Shown here: piece after piece, positions 52,240-64,000 of the stretch
How the letters are laid out: the number at the start of each line of letters is the position of its first letter
Position numbering within the stretch: the first letter of the stretch is position 1
Assembly: GCA_002269645.1 (NCBI GenBank)
Contig: NIVC01001037.1
Coordinates: forward strand, 1-64,000
From: Macrostomum lignano
Lineage: Eukaryota
Length of the DNA stretch: 64,000 nt
Direction: 5' to 3'
Position numbers and translations under genes: made by a program
Notes under the pieces: generated by a model
The model's input: only the letters and a program-made list of their open reading frames with translations
Told to the model about the DNA's origin: nothing
Databases searched by the model: none

Positions 52240-55200
52240 TCAGTTATTATCGATTATCTTCAACCAGCTCTGCGGCTCCGGCCTAATCCGATTTTTGTAG
52301 CCCAGGTGTTGCGCCGAATCAAACAGTCGATTGTAGTAAGCCATCAGGCGGCTGGCCACGCTCTCCCGGTCCTCTTCGATCTGCAATTTTTGCCGGTTTT
52401 GGCTTAGGGTTGTGACTGCCTGGTATTCTGTGGGAGGGGTGGTGGCTGCCCGATATTCTGGGGGAGAGGTGGTGGCTGCCCCATATTCTAGGTTTAGGGG
52501 TGGTGGCTGCCTCAAATTCTAGGTTTAGGTGGCTGCCTCAAATTCTAGGTTTAGGTGGCTGCCCCAAATTCTAGGTTTAGGGGTGGTGGCTACCCCATAT
52601 TCTAGGTTTAGGGGTGGTGGCTGCCCGATATTCTGCATCTGGGGGAGGGGTGGTGGCTGCCCGATATTCTGGATTGTGGGGTGGTGGCTGCCCGATATTC
52701 TGGGGGAGGGGTGGTGGCTGCCTGATAATTCTGTGTTGAGGGGTGGTGGCTGCCCTATATTCTGGGGTAGGGGTGGTGGCTGCCTGATATTCTGTGTTGA
52801 GGGGTGGTGGCTGCCCGATATTCTGGGGGAGGGGTGGTGGCTGCCTGATAATTCTGTGTTGAGGGGTGGTGGCTGCCCTATATTCTGGGGTAGGGGTGGT
52901 GGCTGCCCTATATTCTGGGGTAGGGGTGGTGGCTGCCCGATATTCTGGGGTAGGGGTGGTGGCTGCCCGATATTCTGGGGTAGGGTGGTGGCTGCCTGAT
53001 AATTCTGTGTTGAGGGGTGGTGGCTGCCTGATATTCTGTGTTGAGGGGTGGTGGCTGCCAAATAGTCCTTGTGACGGTGACGTGGTGTCAGTAAAAATTG
53101 TATAATGTGCTTCTACTAGCTAATCCTTTACCTGTGTCAAAAAAATATTACATTTTCGGTTATCAAATTATATCATGAATCCAACACCAGTGTTATGCGT
53201 TGATACGAGTGCATTGATAAATACAAACAAACTACTAGTCATAAAGCTTTAACAATTGTTTCTATTTTTACTACTGCCGCATCGATTCCACAATCCGGCG
53301 ACAATTTATAACTTACTTATTTTTTGCTCTGTGCCTCTGAATTATTTATTTTTAAAATTGTGTGTTTTAATTGGATTGATAAAACAAATTTATTTTAGCC
53401 ATTTTCAGGCATTTTGACGCTGCAACGAATTCGGGGACAAGCTGCTGCCGGCCACTACAGCAACTTTGAATTGCTTCGACTGGTTCTGCTATGCTAGATT
53501 AAATAACTAGATGGGCCACTCAGGCATATATACGAGCTTAGCAAAACAGCTTTCTACTTTCAGTTCAGTAGCAAGGAAGAATACATAAGCTATTTTATAA
53601 GAATAAAGGCAGCTAAGATGACTTTGATAAGTTTTGAAGCCCAAGCTTGCAGGCGTAAACAACTTGCTAATTGGTTCAGCCATAATGTACATTTAGCCAG
53701 TCCACTGATATGTACATGGCAGCTTTAGGCTGGAATTCCGAGGAAGGCAATAAAAATTGGGTGGCGTGGCGGGGGTAGAAGGTTCTGTGTGGAGTTTTAG
53801 GGTTAAAGCTTGGGGTAAGAGCGAATAAATGAGGGCCTTGTCTTTAAAAATACATTGAAATGATACAGTTTAACTTACTACTGAACTGAAAGTAGGTTGC
53901 ACGAAAATTTGCTGAGTGGCCCATCTAGTTATTACCATCTAGTTATTATCATCTAGTTATTACCATCTAGTTATTACCATCTAGTTATTACCATCTAGTT
54001 ATTACCATCTAGTTATTACCATCTAGTTATTACCATCTAGTTATTACCATCTAGTTATTACCATCTAGTTATTATCATCTAGTTATTATCATCTAGTTAT
54101 TACCATCTAGTTATTACCATCTAGTTATTACCATCTAGTTATTATCATCTAGTTATTACCATCTAGTTATTATCATCTAGTTATTATCATCTAGTTATTA
54201 CCATCTAGTTATTACCATCTAGTTATTATCATCTAGTTATTATCATCTAGTTATTACCATCTAGTTATTATCATCTAGTTATTATCATCTAGTTATTACC
54301 ATCTAGTTATTACCATCTAGTTATTGTCATCTAGTTATTACCATCTAGTTATTACCATCTAGTTATTATCATCTAGTTATTACCATCTAGTTATTATCAT
54401 CTAGTTATTATCATCTAGTTATTACCATCTAGTTATTACCATCTAGTTATTATCATCTAGTTATTATCATCTAGTTATTACCATCTAGTTATTACCATCT
54501 AGTTATTATCATCTAGTTATTATCATCTAGTTATTACCATCTAGTTATTACCATCTAGTTATTACCATCTAGTTATTACCATCTAGTTATTATCATCTAG
54601 TTATTACCATCTAGTTATTACCATCTAGTTATTACCATCTAGTTATTACCATCTAGTTATTACCATCTAGTTATTATCATCTAGTTATTACCATCTAGTT
54701 ATTACCATCTAGTTATTGCCAACTAGTTATTACCATCTAGTTATTACCATCTAGTTATTACCATCTAGTTATTACTATCTAGTTATTACCATCTAGTTAT
54801 TACCATCTAGTTATTACCATCTAGTTATTACTATCTAGTTATTACTATCTAGTTATTACCATCTAGTTATTACCATCTAGTTATTACCATCTAGTTATTA
54901 CTATCTAGTTATTACCATCTAGTTATTACTATCTAGTTATTACCATCTAGTTATTACCATCTAGTTATTACCATCTAGTTATTATGGTTCTAGTTATTAC
55001 TATCTAGTTATTACCATCTGGTTATTACTATCTAGTTATTACCATCTAGTTATTACCATCTAGTTATTACCATCTAGTTATTATGGTTCTAGTTATTACC
55101 ATCTAGTTATTATGGTTCTAGTTATTACCATCTAGTTATTACCATCTAGTTATTACTATCTAGTTATTACCATCTAGTTATTATGGTTCTAGTTCTTACC

Positions 55201-58200
55201 ATCTAGTTATTACCATCTAGTTATTACTATCTAGTTATTACCATCTAGTTATTACTATCTAGTTATTACCATCTAGTTATTACCATCTAGTTATTACCAT
55301 CTAGTTATTATGGTTCTAGTTATTACTATCTAGTTATTACCATCTAGTTATTACCATCTAGTTATTACTATCTAGTTATTACCATCTAGTTATTACCATC
55401 TAGTTATTACCATCTAGTTATTACCATCTAGTTATTATGGTTCTAGTTATTACCATCTAGTTATTATGGTTCTAGTTATTACCATCTAGTTATTACCATC
55501 TAGTTATTACTATCTAGTTATTACCATCTAGTTATTACTATCTAGTTATTACCATCTAGTTATTACTATCTAGTTATTACCATCTAGTTATTATGGTTCT
55601 AGTTATTACCATCTAGTTATTACCATCTAGTTATTACTATCTAGTTATTACCATCTAGTTATTACTATCTAGTTATTACCATCTAGTTATTATGGTTCTA
55701 GTTATTACCATCTAGTTATTACCATCTAGTTATTACTATCTAGTTATTACCATCTAGTTATTATGGTTCTAGTTCTTACCATCTAGTTATTACCATCTAG
55801 TTATTACTATCTAGTTATTACCATCTAGTTATTACTATCTAGTTATTACCATCTAGTTATTATGGTTCTAGTTATTACCATCTAGTTATTACCATCTAGT
55901 TATTACTATCTAGTTATTACCATCTAGTTATTATGGTTCTAGTTATTACCATCTAGTTATTACCATCTAGTTATTACCATCTAGTTATTACCATCTAGTT
56001 ATTACCATCTAGTTATTACTATCTAGTTATTACCATCTAGTTATTACTATCTAGTTATTACCATCTAGTTATTACCATCTAGTTATTACCATCTAGTTAT
56101 TATGGTTCTAGTTATTACTATCTAGTTATTACCATCTGGTTATTACTATCTAGTTATTACCATCTAGTTATTACCATCTAGTTATTATGGTTCTAGTTAT
56201 TACCATCTAGTTATTACCATCTAGTTATTACCATCTAGTTATTACCATCTAGTTATTACCATCTAGTTATTATGGTTCTAGTTATTACCATCTAGTTATT
56301 ACCATCTAGTTATTACCATCTAGTTATTACCATCTAGTTATTACTATCTAGTTATTACCATCTAGTTATTATGGTTCTAGTTATTACCATCTAGTTATTA
56401 CCATCTAGTTATTACTATCTAGTTATTACCATCTAGTTATTATGGTTCTAGTTCTTACCATCTAGTTATTACCATCTAGTTATTACTATCTAGTTATTAC
56501 CATCTAGTTATTACTATCTAGTTATTACCATCTAGTTATTACCATCTAGTTATTACCATCTAGTTATTATGGTTCTAGTTATTACTATCTAGTTATTACC
56601 ATCTAGTTATTACCATCTAGTTATTACTATCTAGTTATTACCATCTAGTTATTACCATCTAGTTATTACCATCTAGTTATTACCATCTAGTTATTATGGT
56701 TCTAGTTATTACCATCTAGTTATTATGGTTCTAGTTATTACCATCTAGTTATTACCATCTAGTTATTACTATCTAGTTATTACCATCTAGTTATTACTAT
56801 CTAGTTATTACCATCTAGTTATTACTATCTAGTTATTACCATCTAGTTATTATGGTTCTAGTTATTACCATCTAGTTATTACCATCTAGTTATTACTATC
56901 TAGTTATTACCATCTAGTTATTACTATCTAGTTATTACCATCTAGTTATTATGGTTCTAGTTATTACCATCTAGTTATTACCATCTAGTTATTACTATCT
57001 AGTTATTACCATCTAGTTATTATGGTTCTAGTTCTTACCATCTAGTTATTACCATCTAGTTATTACTATCTAGTTATTACCATCTAGTTATTACTATCTA
57101 GTTATTACCATCTAGTTATTACCATCTAGTTATTACCATCTAGTTATTATGGTTCTAGTTATTACTATCTAGTTATTACCATCTAGTTATTACCATCTAG
57201 TTATTACTATCTAGTTATTACCATCTAGTTAATACCATCTAGTTATTACCATCTAGTTATTACCATCTAGTTATTATGGTTCTAGTTATTACCATCTAGT
57301 TATTACCATCTAGTTATTACTATCTAGTTATTACCATCTAGTTATTACTATCTAGTTATTACCATCTAGTTATTATGGTTCTAGTTATTACCATCTAGTT
57401 ATTACCATCTAGTTATTACTATCTAGTTATTACCATCTAGTTATTACTATCTAGTTATTACCATCTAGTTATTACCATCTAGTTATTACCATCTAGTTAT
57501 TATGGTTCTATTTATTACCATCTAGTTATTACCATCTAGTTATTACTATTTAGTTATTACCATCTAGTTATTACCATCTAGTTATTACCATCTAGTTATT
57601 ACCATCTAGTTATTACTATCTAGTTATTACCATCTAGTTATTACTATCTAGTTATTACCATCTAGTTATTACCATCTAGTTATTACCATCTAGTTATTAT
57701 GGTTCTAGTTATTACCATCTAGTTATTACCATCTAGTTATTACTATCTAGTTATTACCATCTAGTTATTACTATCTAGTTATTACCATCTAGTTATTATG
57801 GTTCTAGTTATTACCATCTAGTTATTACCATCTAGTTATTACTATCTAGTTATTACCATCTGGTTATTACTATCTAGTTATTACCATCTAGTTATTACCA
57901 TCTAGTTATTACCATCTAGTTATTATGGTTCTAGTTATTACCATCTAGTTATTACCATCTAGTTATTACTATCTAGTTATTACCATCTAGTTATTACCAT
58001 CTAGTTATTACCATCTAGTTATTACCATCTAGTTATTACTATCTAGTTATTACCATCTAGTTATTACCATCTAGTTATTACCATCTAGTTATTATGGTTC
58101 TAGTTATTACCATCTAGTTATTACCATCTAGTTATTACTATCTAGTTATTACCATCTAGTTATTACTATCTAGTTATTACCATCTAGTTATTATGGTTCT

Positions 58201-61200
58201 AGTTATTACCATCTAGTTATTACCATCTAGTTATTACTATCTAGTTATTACCATCTAGTTATTACTATCTAGTTATTACCATCTAGTTATTACCATCTAG
58301 TTATTACCATCTAGTTATTATGGTTCTAGTTATTACCATCTAGTTATTACCATCTAGTTATTACTATCTAGTTATTACCATCTAGTTATTACCATCTAGT
58401 TATTACCATCTAGTTATTACCATCTAGTTATTATGGTTCTAGTTATTACCATCTAGTTATTACCATCTAGTTATTACTATCTAGTTATTACCATCTAGTT
58501 ATTACCATCTAGTTATTACCATCTAGTTATTACCATCTAGTTATTATGGTTCTAGTTATTACCATCTAGTTATTACCATCTAGTTATTACCATCTAGTTA
58601 TTACTATCTAGTTAATACCATCTAGTTATTACCATCTAGTTATTACCATCTAGTTATTATGGTTCTAGTTATTACCATCTAGTTATTACCATCTAGTTAT
58701 TACTATCTAGTTATTACCATCTAGTTATTACTATCTAGTTATTACCATCTAGTTATTATGGTTCTAGTTATTACCATCTAGTTATTACCATCTAGTTATT
58801 ACTATCTAGTTATTACCATCTAGTTATTACTATCTAGTTATTACCATCTAGTTATTATGGTTCTAGTTATTACTATCTAGTTAATACCATCTAGTTATTA
58901 CCATCTAGTTATTACCATCTAGTTATTACCATCTAGTTATTACCATCTAGTTATTACCATCTAGTTATTACTATCTAGTTAATACCATCTAGTTATTACC
59001 ATCTAGTTATTACCATCTAGTTATTATGGTTCTAGTTATTACCATCTAGTTATTACCATCTAGTTATTACTATCTAGTTATTACCATCTAGTTATTACTA
59101 TCTAGTTATTACCATCTAGTTATTATGGTTCTAGTTATTACCATCTAGTTATTACCATCTAGTTATTACCATCTAGTTATTACCATCTAGTTATTACTAT
59201 CTAGTTAATACCATCTAGTTATTACCATCTAGTTATTACCATCTAGTTATTATGGTTCTAGTTATTACCATCTAGTTATTACCATCTAGTTATTACTATC
59301 TAGTTATTACCATCTAGTTATTACTATCTAGTTATTACCATCTAGTTATTATGGTTCTAGTTATTACCATCTAGTTATTACCATCTAGTTATTACCATCT
59401 AGTTATTATGGTTCTAGTTATTACCATCTAGTTATTACCATCTAGTTATTACCATCTAGTTATTACCATCTAGTTATTACTATCTAGTTATTACCATCTA
59501 GTTATTATGGTTCTAGTTATTACCATCTAGTTATTACCATCTAGTTATTACCATCTAGTTATTACCATCTAGTTATTATGGTTCTCGTTATTACCATCTA
59601 GTTATTATGGTTCTAGTTATTGTGGCTCTGCTGCGCAAAAATTGGAAATTAAATATCTATGTTTTCGGCATTCTGCGTCCGTGCAGTCAAGCGTGGCTCA
59701 AATAATGAGATAAATGTATCAGAAACTTTATAACCGCTAGTAGAGCGCGAGAGGACGCCATGGCAACTGCTATTATGTTTATGAATTTTGTTTTCGACTC
59801 GATCCATAACGTCAAGGCTAAGAAAGTTGCTGGTTCTCACACTATAACGTGTCCCAGGTTGGATTCCATTTCAGCGATTCACTGCTCACGAGGGCCACCC
59901 CCCCCCCCGATGCAAAAGCTGTGCTGTGGTTTCTTGAGTACTTGAGTAGTTTCTATAGCAAAACTAACAAAGCTACAAAGAAACTCATCAGGTATGAAGA
60001 AATTCTCTGCCAGTGGAATTATTTTGACATCAATTTTCTCATGCAAAGTCTTCAACGCTGCCAATAGAAGCCCCGGGCTGTCACTCACAATGTTCTTGAC
60101 AGAATTGTAGGCCCTGTTGTAGGACCGGAAGCCACCGGCGCGGGCCCGGTGATCCGGCTGCGTCTCGGTGCCGTGCAGCACCAGCTGCAGCCGCTCCAGC
60201 AGGCCCTGCTGCCCGCTGTGGCTGCTCTCAGACTGAAGTGCAGCCAAGGGAGGAGTTGTTCAATCAAGCATCCAGGTAGACCCTTCGAAACATGCATGCC
60301 TGCTAACTTTCACTTTGGCGTCTGCCCCGATGTTTGTTTTCCTATTAGGTTAGATTAAATTAGGTTAAAAACGCAGCGAGTAGCCAATCTGATGAAGATT
60401 TTACCTGATCCTGGATCTCCACCGTCCACTGACCGGCCGGCTCCTCGCCCCAGAAGTGCACCGTCATGAAGGCCCAGGAGGGCAGGCCGCTGTTGGCTTT
60501 GTCCAGCTTTCGCCTGGTCAACAGCTGGCTTCGGGTGCCTTGTGTTTAAAAATGTAGCGTTAGGGCTAAGTTACACTTATTATATTTTTACTACTAGTAG
60601 AGCGTAGAATACGTTTACAATAGTTATATTGTTTAATGTAATTTTCCTGTGTTTCTACTATAAGTAGAGTAGTAATTCACAGTTCATAAGTATTAATTTT
60701 ATTTTTATAACACTGCTTTTTCTACTAATAAGTAGAGTAGTTAGTAGCTACACTTTTTAATTGTTGGTAAAATAATTCTCACCAGCTGGCGAGGTGATAA
60801 AGATGGCCAGATTGCCTCGAACCGGATAGGTCATGTTCACTCGCAGCTGCAGGTGCTCGAGGTACTTCACCCTGTCCTCCACCTCGGGTTCCACAGTCAG
60901 CGAGCAGCGAAGCGAACGAGATCTGCCAAGCTGCCTGTGTTTGGGGTTGGTAAGATGCTTCTTTGTTATTCCGGTGTCAGGATGCGCTGATCTGGGTGTG
61001 TCAGGATGCGCTGATCTGGGTGTGTCAGGATGCGCTGATCTGGGTGTGTCAGGATGCGCTGATTTGTGTGTCAGGATGCGCTGATTTGTGTGTCAGGATG
61101 CGCTGATTTGGGTGTGTCAGGATGCGCTGATCTGTGTGTGTCAGGATGCGCTGATCTGGGTGTGTCAGGATGCGCTGATCTGGGTGTGTCAGGATGCGCT

Positions 61201-63178
61201 GATTTGTGTGTCAGGATGCGCTGATTTGTGTGTCAGGATGCGCTGATTTAGGTGTGTCAGGATGCGCTAATTTGGGTGTGTCAGGATGCACTGATTTGTG
61301 TGTGTCAGGATGCACTGATTTGTGTGTCAGGATGCGCTGATCTGGGTGTGTCAGGATGCGCTGATCTGGGTGTGTCAGGATGCGCTGATCTGGGTGTGTC
61401 AGGATGCGCTAATTTGGGTGTGTCAGGATGCGCTTATTTGTGAGTCAGGATGCGCTGATTTGTGTGTCAGGATGCGCTGATTTGTGAGTCAGGATGCGCT
61501 GATTTGTGTGTCAGGATGCGCTAATTTGGGTGTGTCAGGATGCGCTAATTTGGGTGTGTCAGGATGCGCTGATTTGGGTGTGTCAGGATGCGCTGATTTG
61601 GATGTGTCAATTCAAGTGTGTCAGGATGCGCTAATTTGGGTGTGTCAGGATGCTCTAATTCCAATGTGTCGTAATGCGCCATTTTTTTCTTCAGAATCTT
61701 ATCGTATCAATTCATGCACATTTTGTTAATACGGGAGTAATATTTCATAATTACCATCCATGCCTGCAGTTCCAGCCATCCAGTTCAACGATTCTCTTTG
61801 GCGGCACCGACCTCCAGATCGCCGGATCCACCAGTTTAACCATGGCGGCCCCGTTGAACAGGCCGAAGCCGAATTGGTGGTGGAACTTGTGTCCAGCAGC
61901 GTTCGTCTCCCAGCCAAGGTTGTGCTGCAGCGGTGCCACCTCGGCCGTCCAAACGATGGCGTGCTGCACGTCGCGATACGTGAGGCTGGGACTGATTGGT
62001 GGTAGGGCGTGGCCGTGGTTTTTTAATCCGTAAAATTCCACCCCAAATGACCTTGAGAGATTCCCCTGTCACTTTAAACCATACTACATGTACATTTATG
62101 CTGTTTTGCTATGGAAAATTCCATGGATGTTGAATGACCTTGAGACAGTCTCTGTCATAGTGATCATAGACAGCTTCTGACTGTCTCAGCTCTTAGTGTG
62201 CATTTTATATACAAATCATTCCTTTAAAGACAGATGAAGGTTTCAAGTGAGGAGTCTCACTTCGCCTCGAGCAGCAGGGCAATGATGCCGGACGCAATCG
62301 GAGCGGATGCGGAGGTGCCCGTGAACTCGGTCGTGCACTGGTGACGCAGGTCCGTGCTCACCATTTTCTCACCGCTTTTGGAGCCGCTAGAGAACGTGGT
62401 TGCTAGAGTGGCCGCGCAGTGCTCCGAGTACCTGAGTTGTGAGGTGATTGGCAAGTAAGATAGCGGAGGTTCACGATAATGTACTCAGCAGCCTAGCTAG
62501 AAGTTCGCTGCATGTACTTCTGGCGACAGTCGACGTAAATATCGCGAGGAGACAAGCCAATTCCGCTGATCTTAATGCACAGGTGCTATAACATATATGG
62601 GCTTACACCCTCAAGGGTAGAGTTGCTCAGTAACAACACTTCAGTGCATGCTCCGAGGCAGTTATTGCTGTTAAACCAGGGACACTTTTAAACCGTACGA
62701 GGGTAGGACCCGATCCTCTTCATCATAATCCATCAGTGCATGATAACCGAGTCAGCCACTCAACCATTCGTACCATGGAGGCTGCAGTCCGTGCGTGGCG
62801 CTGCTCACAGCGATGGTGTACACCGACGATGCGTAGCCGTCGCAGTTACAGTTGTCATCAAAAGCACCTCCATTTCCGGACGCCCACACGTAGATGACTC
62901 CCTTGCCGTTGCGACCTCGACGGATCCCAGTCTCCAGAGCCTCCGACGCCAGCGGACCCGGCGCTTCCATAGTTGCGCCATTGTCAGTCGGGCCCCAGCT
63001 GGCTGAGTAGATGTCGACATAGTCGAGTGCGTGGCTCAGTCCCCTGGCCTCCAGCAGGTCGCTCATTCGACCGTCGAGAATTTTGACGCCTCCGATGCGA
63101 GCGTTGAAGGCGATGCCAACGCCGCAGTGCGAGTTGTTGGCCTGCATGGCAATTTCGCCAGCACAACGGGTGCCGTGT
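52240..63178 (-). CDS. PCSK1: Prohormone convertase 1/3-like subtilisin protease, 5'-partial (upstream exons outside the window)
   Basis: Exons 63178-62774, 62431-62261, 61991-61755, 60934-60783, 60538-60405, 60232-60089 and a putative last exon 52380-52240, with consistent phases. HGTRCAGEIAMQANN, ASWGP, WASGNGG, GTSASAP; P-domain LEHLQL..RGNL..SPAGT, FMTVHFWGE, LVLHGT..YNRAYNSVKN. The last exon is less certain. Confidence 0.85.
52430..53058. repeat. ~30-bp G-rich minisatellite (GGTGGTGGCTGCCCGATATTCTGGGGTAGG)
   Basis: About 20 copies, next to the putative last PCSK1 acceptor. Confidence 0.9.
53506..53929. mobile_element. MITE with ACTAGATGGGCCACTCAG TIRs, TA-flanked
   Basis: Perfect 22-bp inverted repeat at 53502-53523 and 53912-53933 (including flank). 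A second inverted pair CTACTTTCAGTTCAGTAG / CTACTGAACTGAAAGTAG lies inside. Confidence 0.8.
53921..59620. repeat. 14-bp satellite (CCATCTAGTTATTA), ~400 copies, 5.7 kb
   Basis: Continuous array with TCATCT, CTATCT and TGGTTCT variants. Confidence 0.97.
60975..61635. repeat. 24-bp intronic minisatellite (TGTGTCAGGATGCGCTGATCTGGG)
   Basis: About 27 copies in a PCSK1-like intron. Confidence 0.93.
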
Positions 63179-63580
63179 CTGCGAAGTTTCAACAGGTTTC
63201 ATGCCTCTCCTGATTGTATAAAGTCTTAATTCAACTGTCCCCAGCGATCTCGACCAAATCTTTGTACAATATACGAGCAAAAGATGCACCTTCCCCTAGC
63301 TTGACCGAACTGGGTCATTGTGCCACCTTCTGGTCTACGAGCTACCTCAAAACTTTTCACAACATCATTTTTTGGCCCTAGCAGGAGAGCCACTGTGGGT
63401 GGTTGCAAAAAGGCTTGCACTTCCCCCTGATCAAAGCAGTGTGAGTTGGAGCTCCTTCAGTTATTCAGCATACATGTAGCTATTCAGTTGTGTACTATCC
63501 TAGGTCAAATTAGCTTAACTTGCAGCGCTGACTCCCAGCGACCCCCTATACTTTCTCCATGTACAGGCCTTTACATGGGG

Positions 63581-63915
63581 CGGGGAGTAGCCTAGTGGTC
63601 TAGAACGGCGCTCTTATGTGCCGGCGGCCCAGGCTCGATTCCAGGTGCGCAGTAACATTAATTTGGTGCTAAATTGGAATTTCGGCTTGGGTCTGCTCGT
63701 GCAATCAACACCCCAAGGCACAGTAAAGTCAAGTGTACATGCCTACGTACGCCGATAACTAAATTTAGGGCCGCTGTAAACCCCTGCATGAGCGTGTGCC
63801 TGTGTGTATGACTGCGTACGTTTCCGCACCCTTGTTGACTGCTCAGGGGAGTAATGCGTCTCACCGGATGTGTCACAATGTCGCTTAAAGTGCGCCAGGG
63901 TGCGCACAGTCCCCC
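63581..63915 (+). mobile_element. tRNA-derived SINE family 2, copy 3 (most complete)
   Basis: A-box TAGCCTAGTGG, B-box GGCTCGATTCC, and a body homologous to 47385-47626 and 48227-48512. Confidence 0.8.
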
Positions 63916-64000
63916 TACCTCCAACAACAGACAAACCACTAGAAGCTTCTGTTTTAGTCCTTCTAGATAGAGGTCCTTTCATAATCAAAGATTTATGTTT

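Noticed and set aside
49525-53105. Ser/Pro/Leu- or Arg/Glu/Gly-rich ORFs
   Set aside because: Low-complexity CT tracts and minisatellites. Only 52240-52380 looks like a real exon.

Overview
Eukaryotic (animal) genomic DNA with GC-rich, intron-split genes set in repeat-rich AT-rich DNA. TTAGGG repeats and minisatellite-filled introns suggest an invertebrate, possibly a flatworm such as Macrostomum (inference only). Five host genes could be spliced by hand with consistent exon phases: ER glucosidase II alpha (GANAB-like, 7 exons, signal peptide to HDEL), a TWIK-type K2P channel, a C8orf82/UPF0598 homolog, a Cys2-like MetX-family serine O-acyltransferase with a mitochondrial-like presequence, and the 3' part of a PC1/3-like prohormone convertase (minus strand). 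The first 20 kb is mobile DNA. It holds an EnSpm/CACTA-like element with a one-base-frameshifted transposase and a divergent, intact 6-exon accessory gene. It also holds an ~10.7 kb 48-bp satellite region carrying two young insertions: a 1.7 kb non-coding LTR element (5-bp TSD, tRNA-Lys PBS, PPT) and a full-length LOA/R1-group LINE (TAATG-coupled ORFs, ~13-bp TSD). Also present: two tRNA-derived SINE families, hAT-type MITEs, a decayed 63-bp 28S rRNA fragment covering the R2/I-PpoI target site, and a 5.7 kb 14-bp satellite that begins exactly at a MITE terminus. All calls are from manual reading; no database searches were run.
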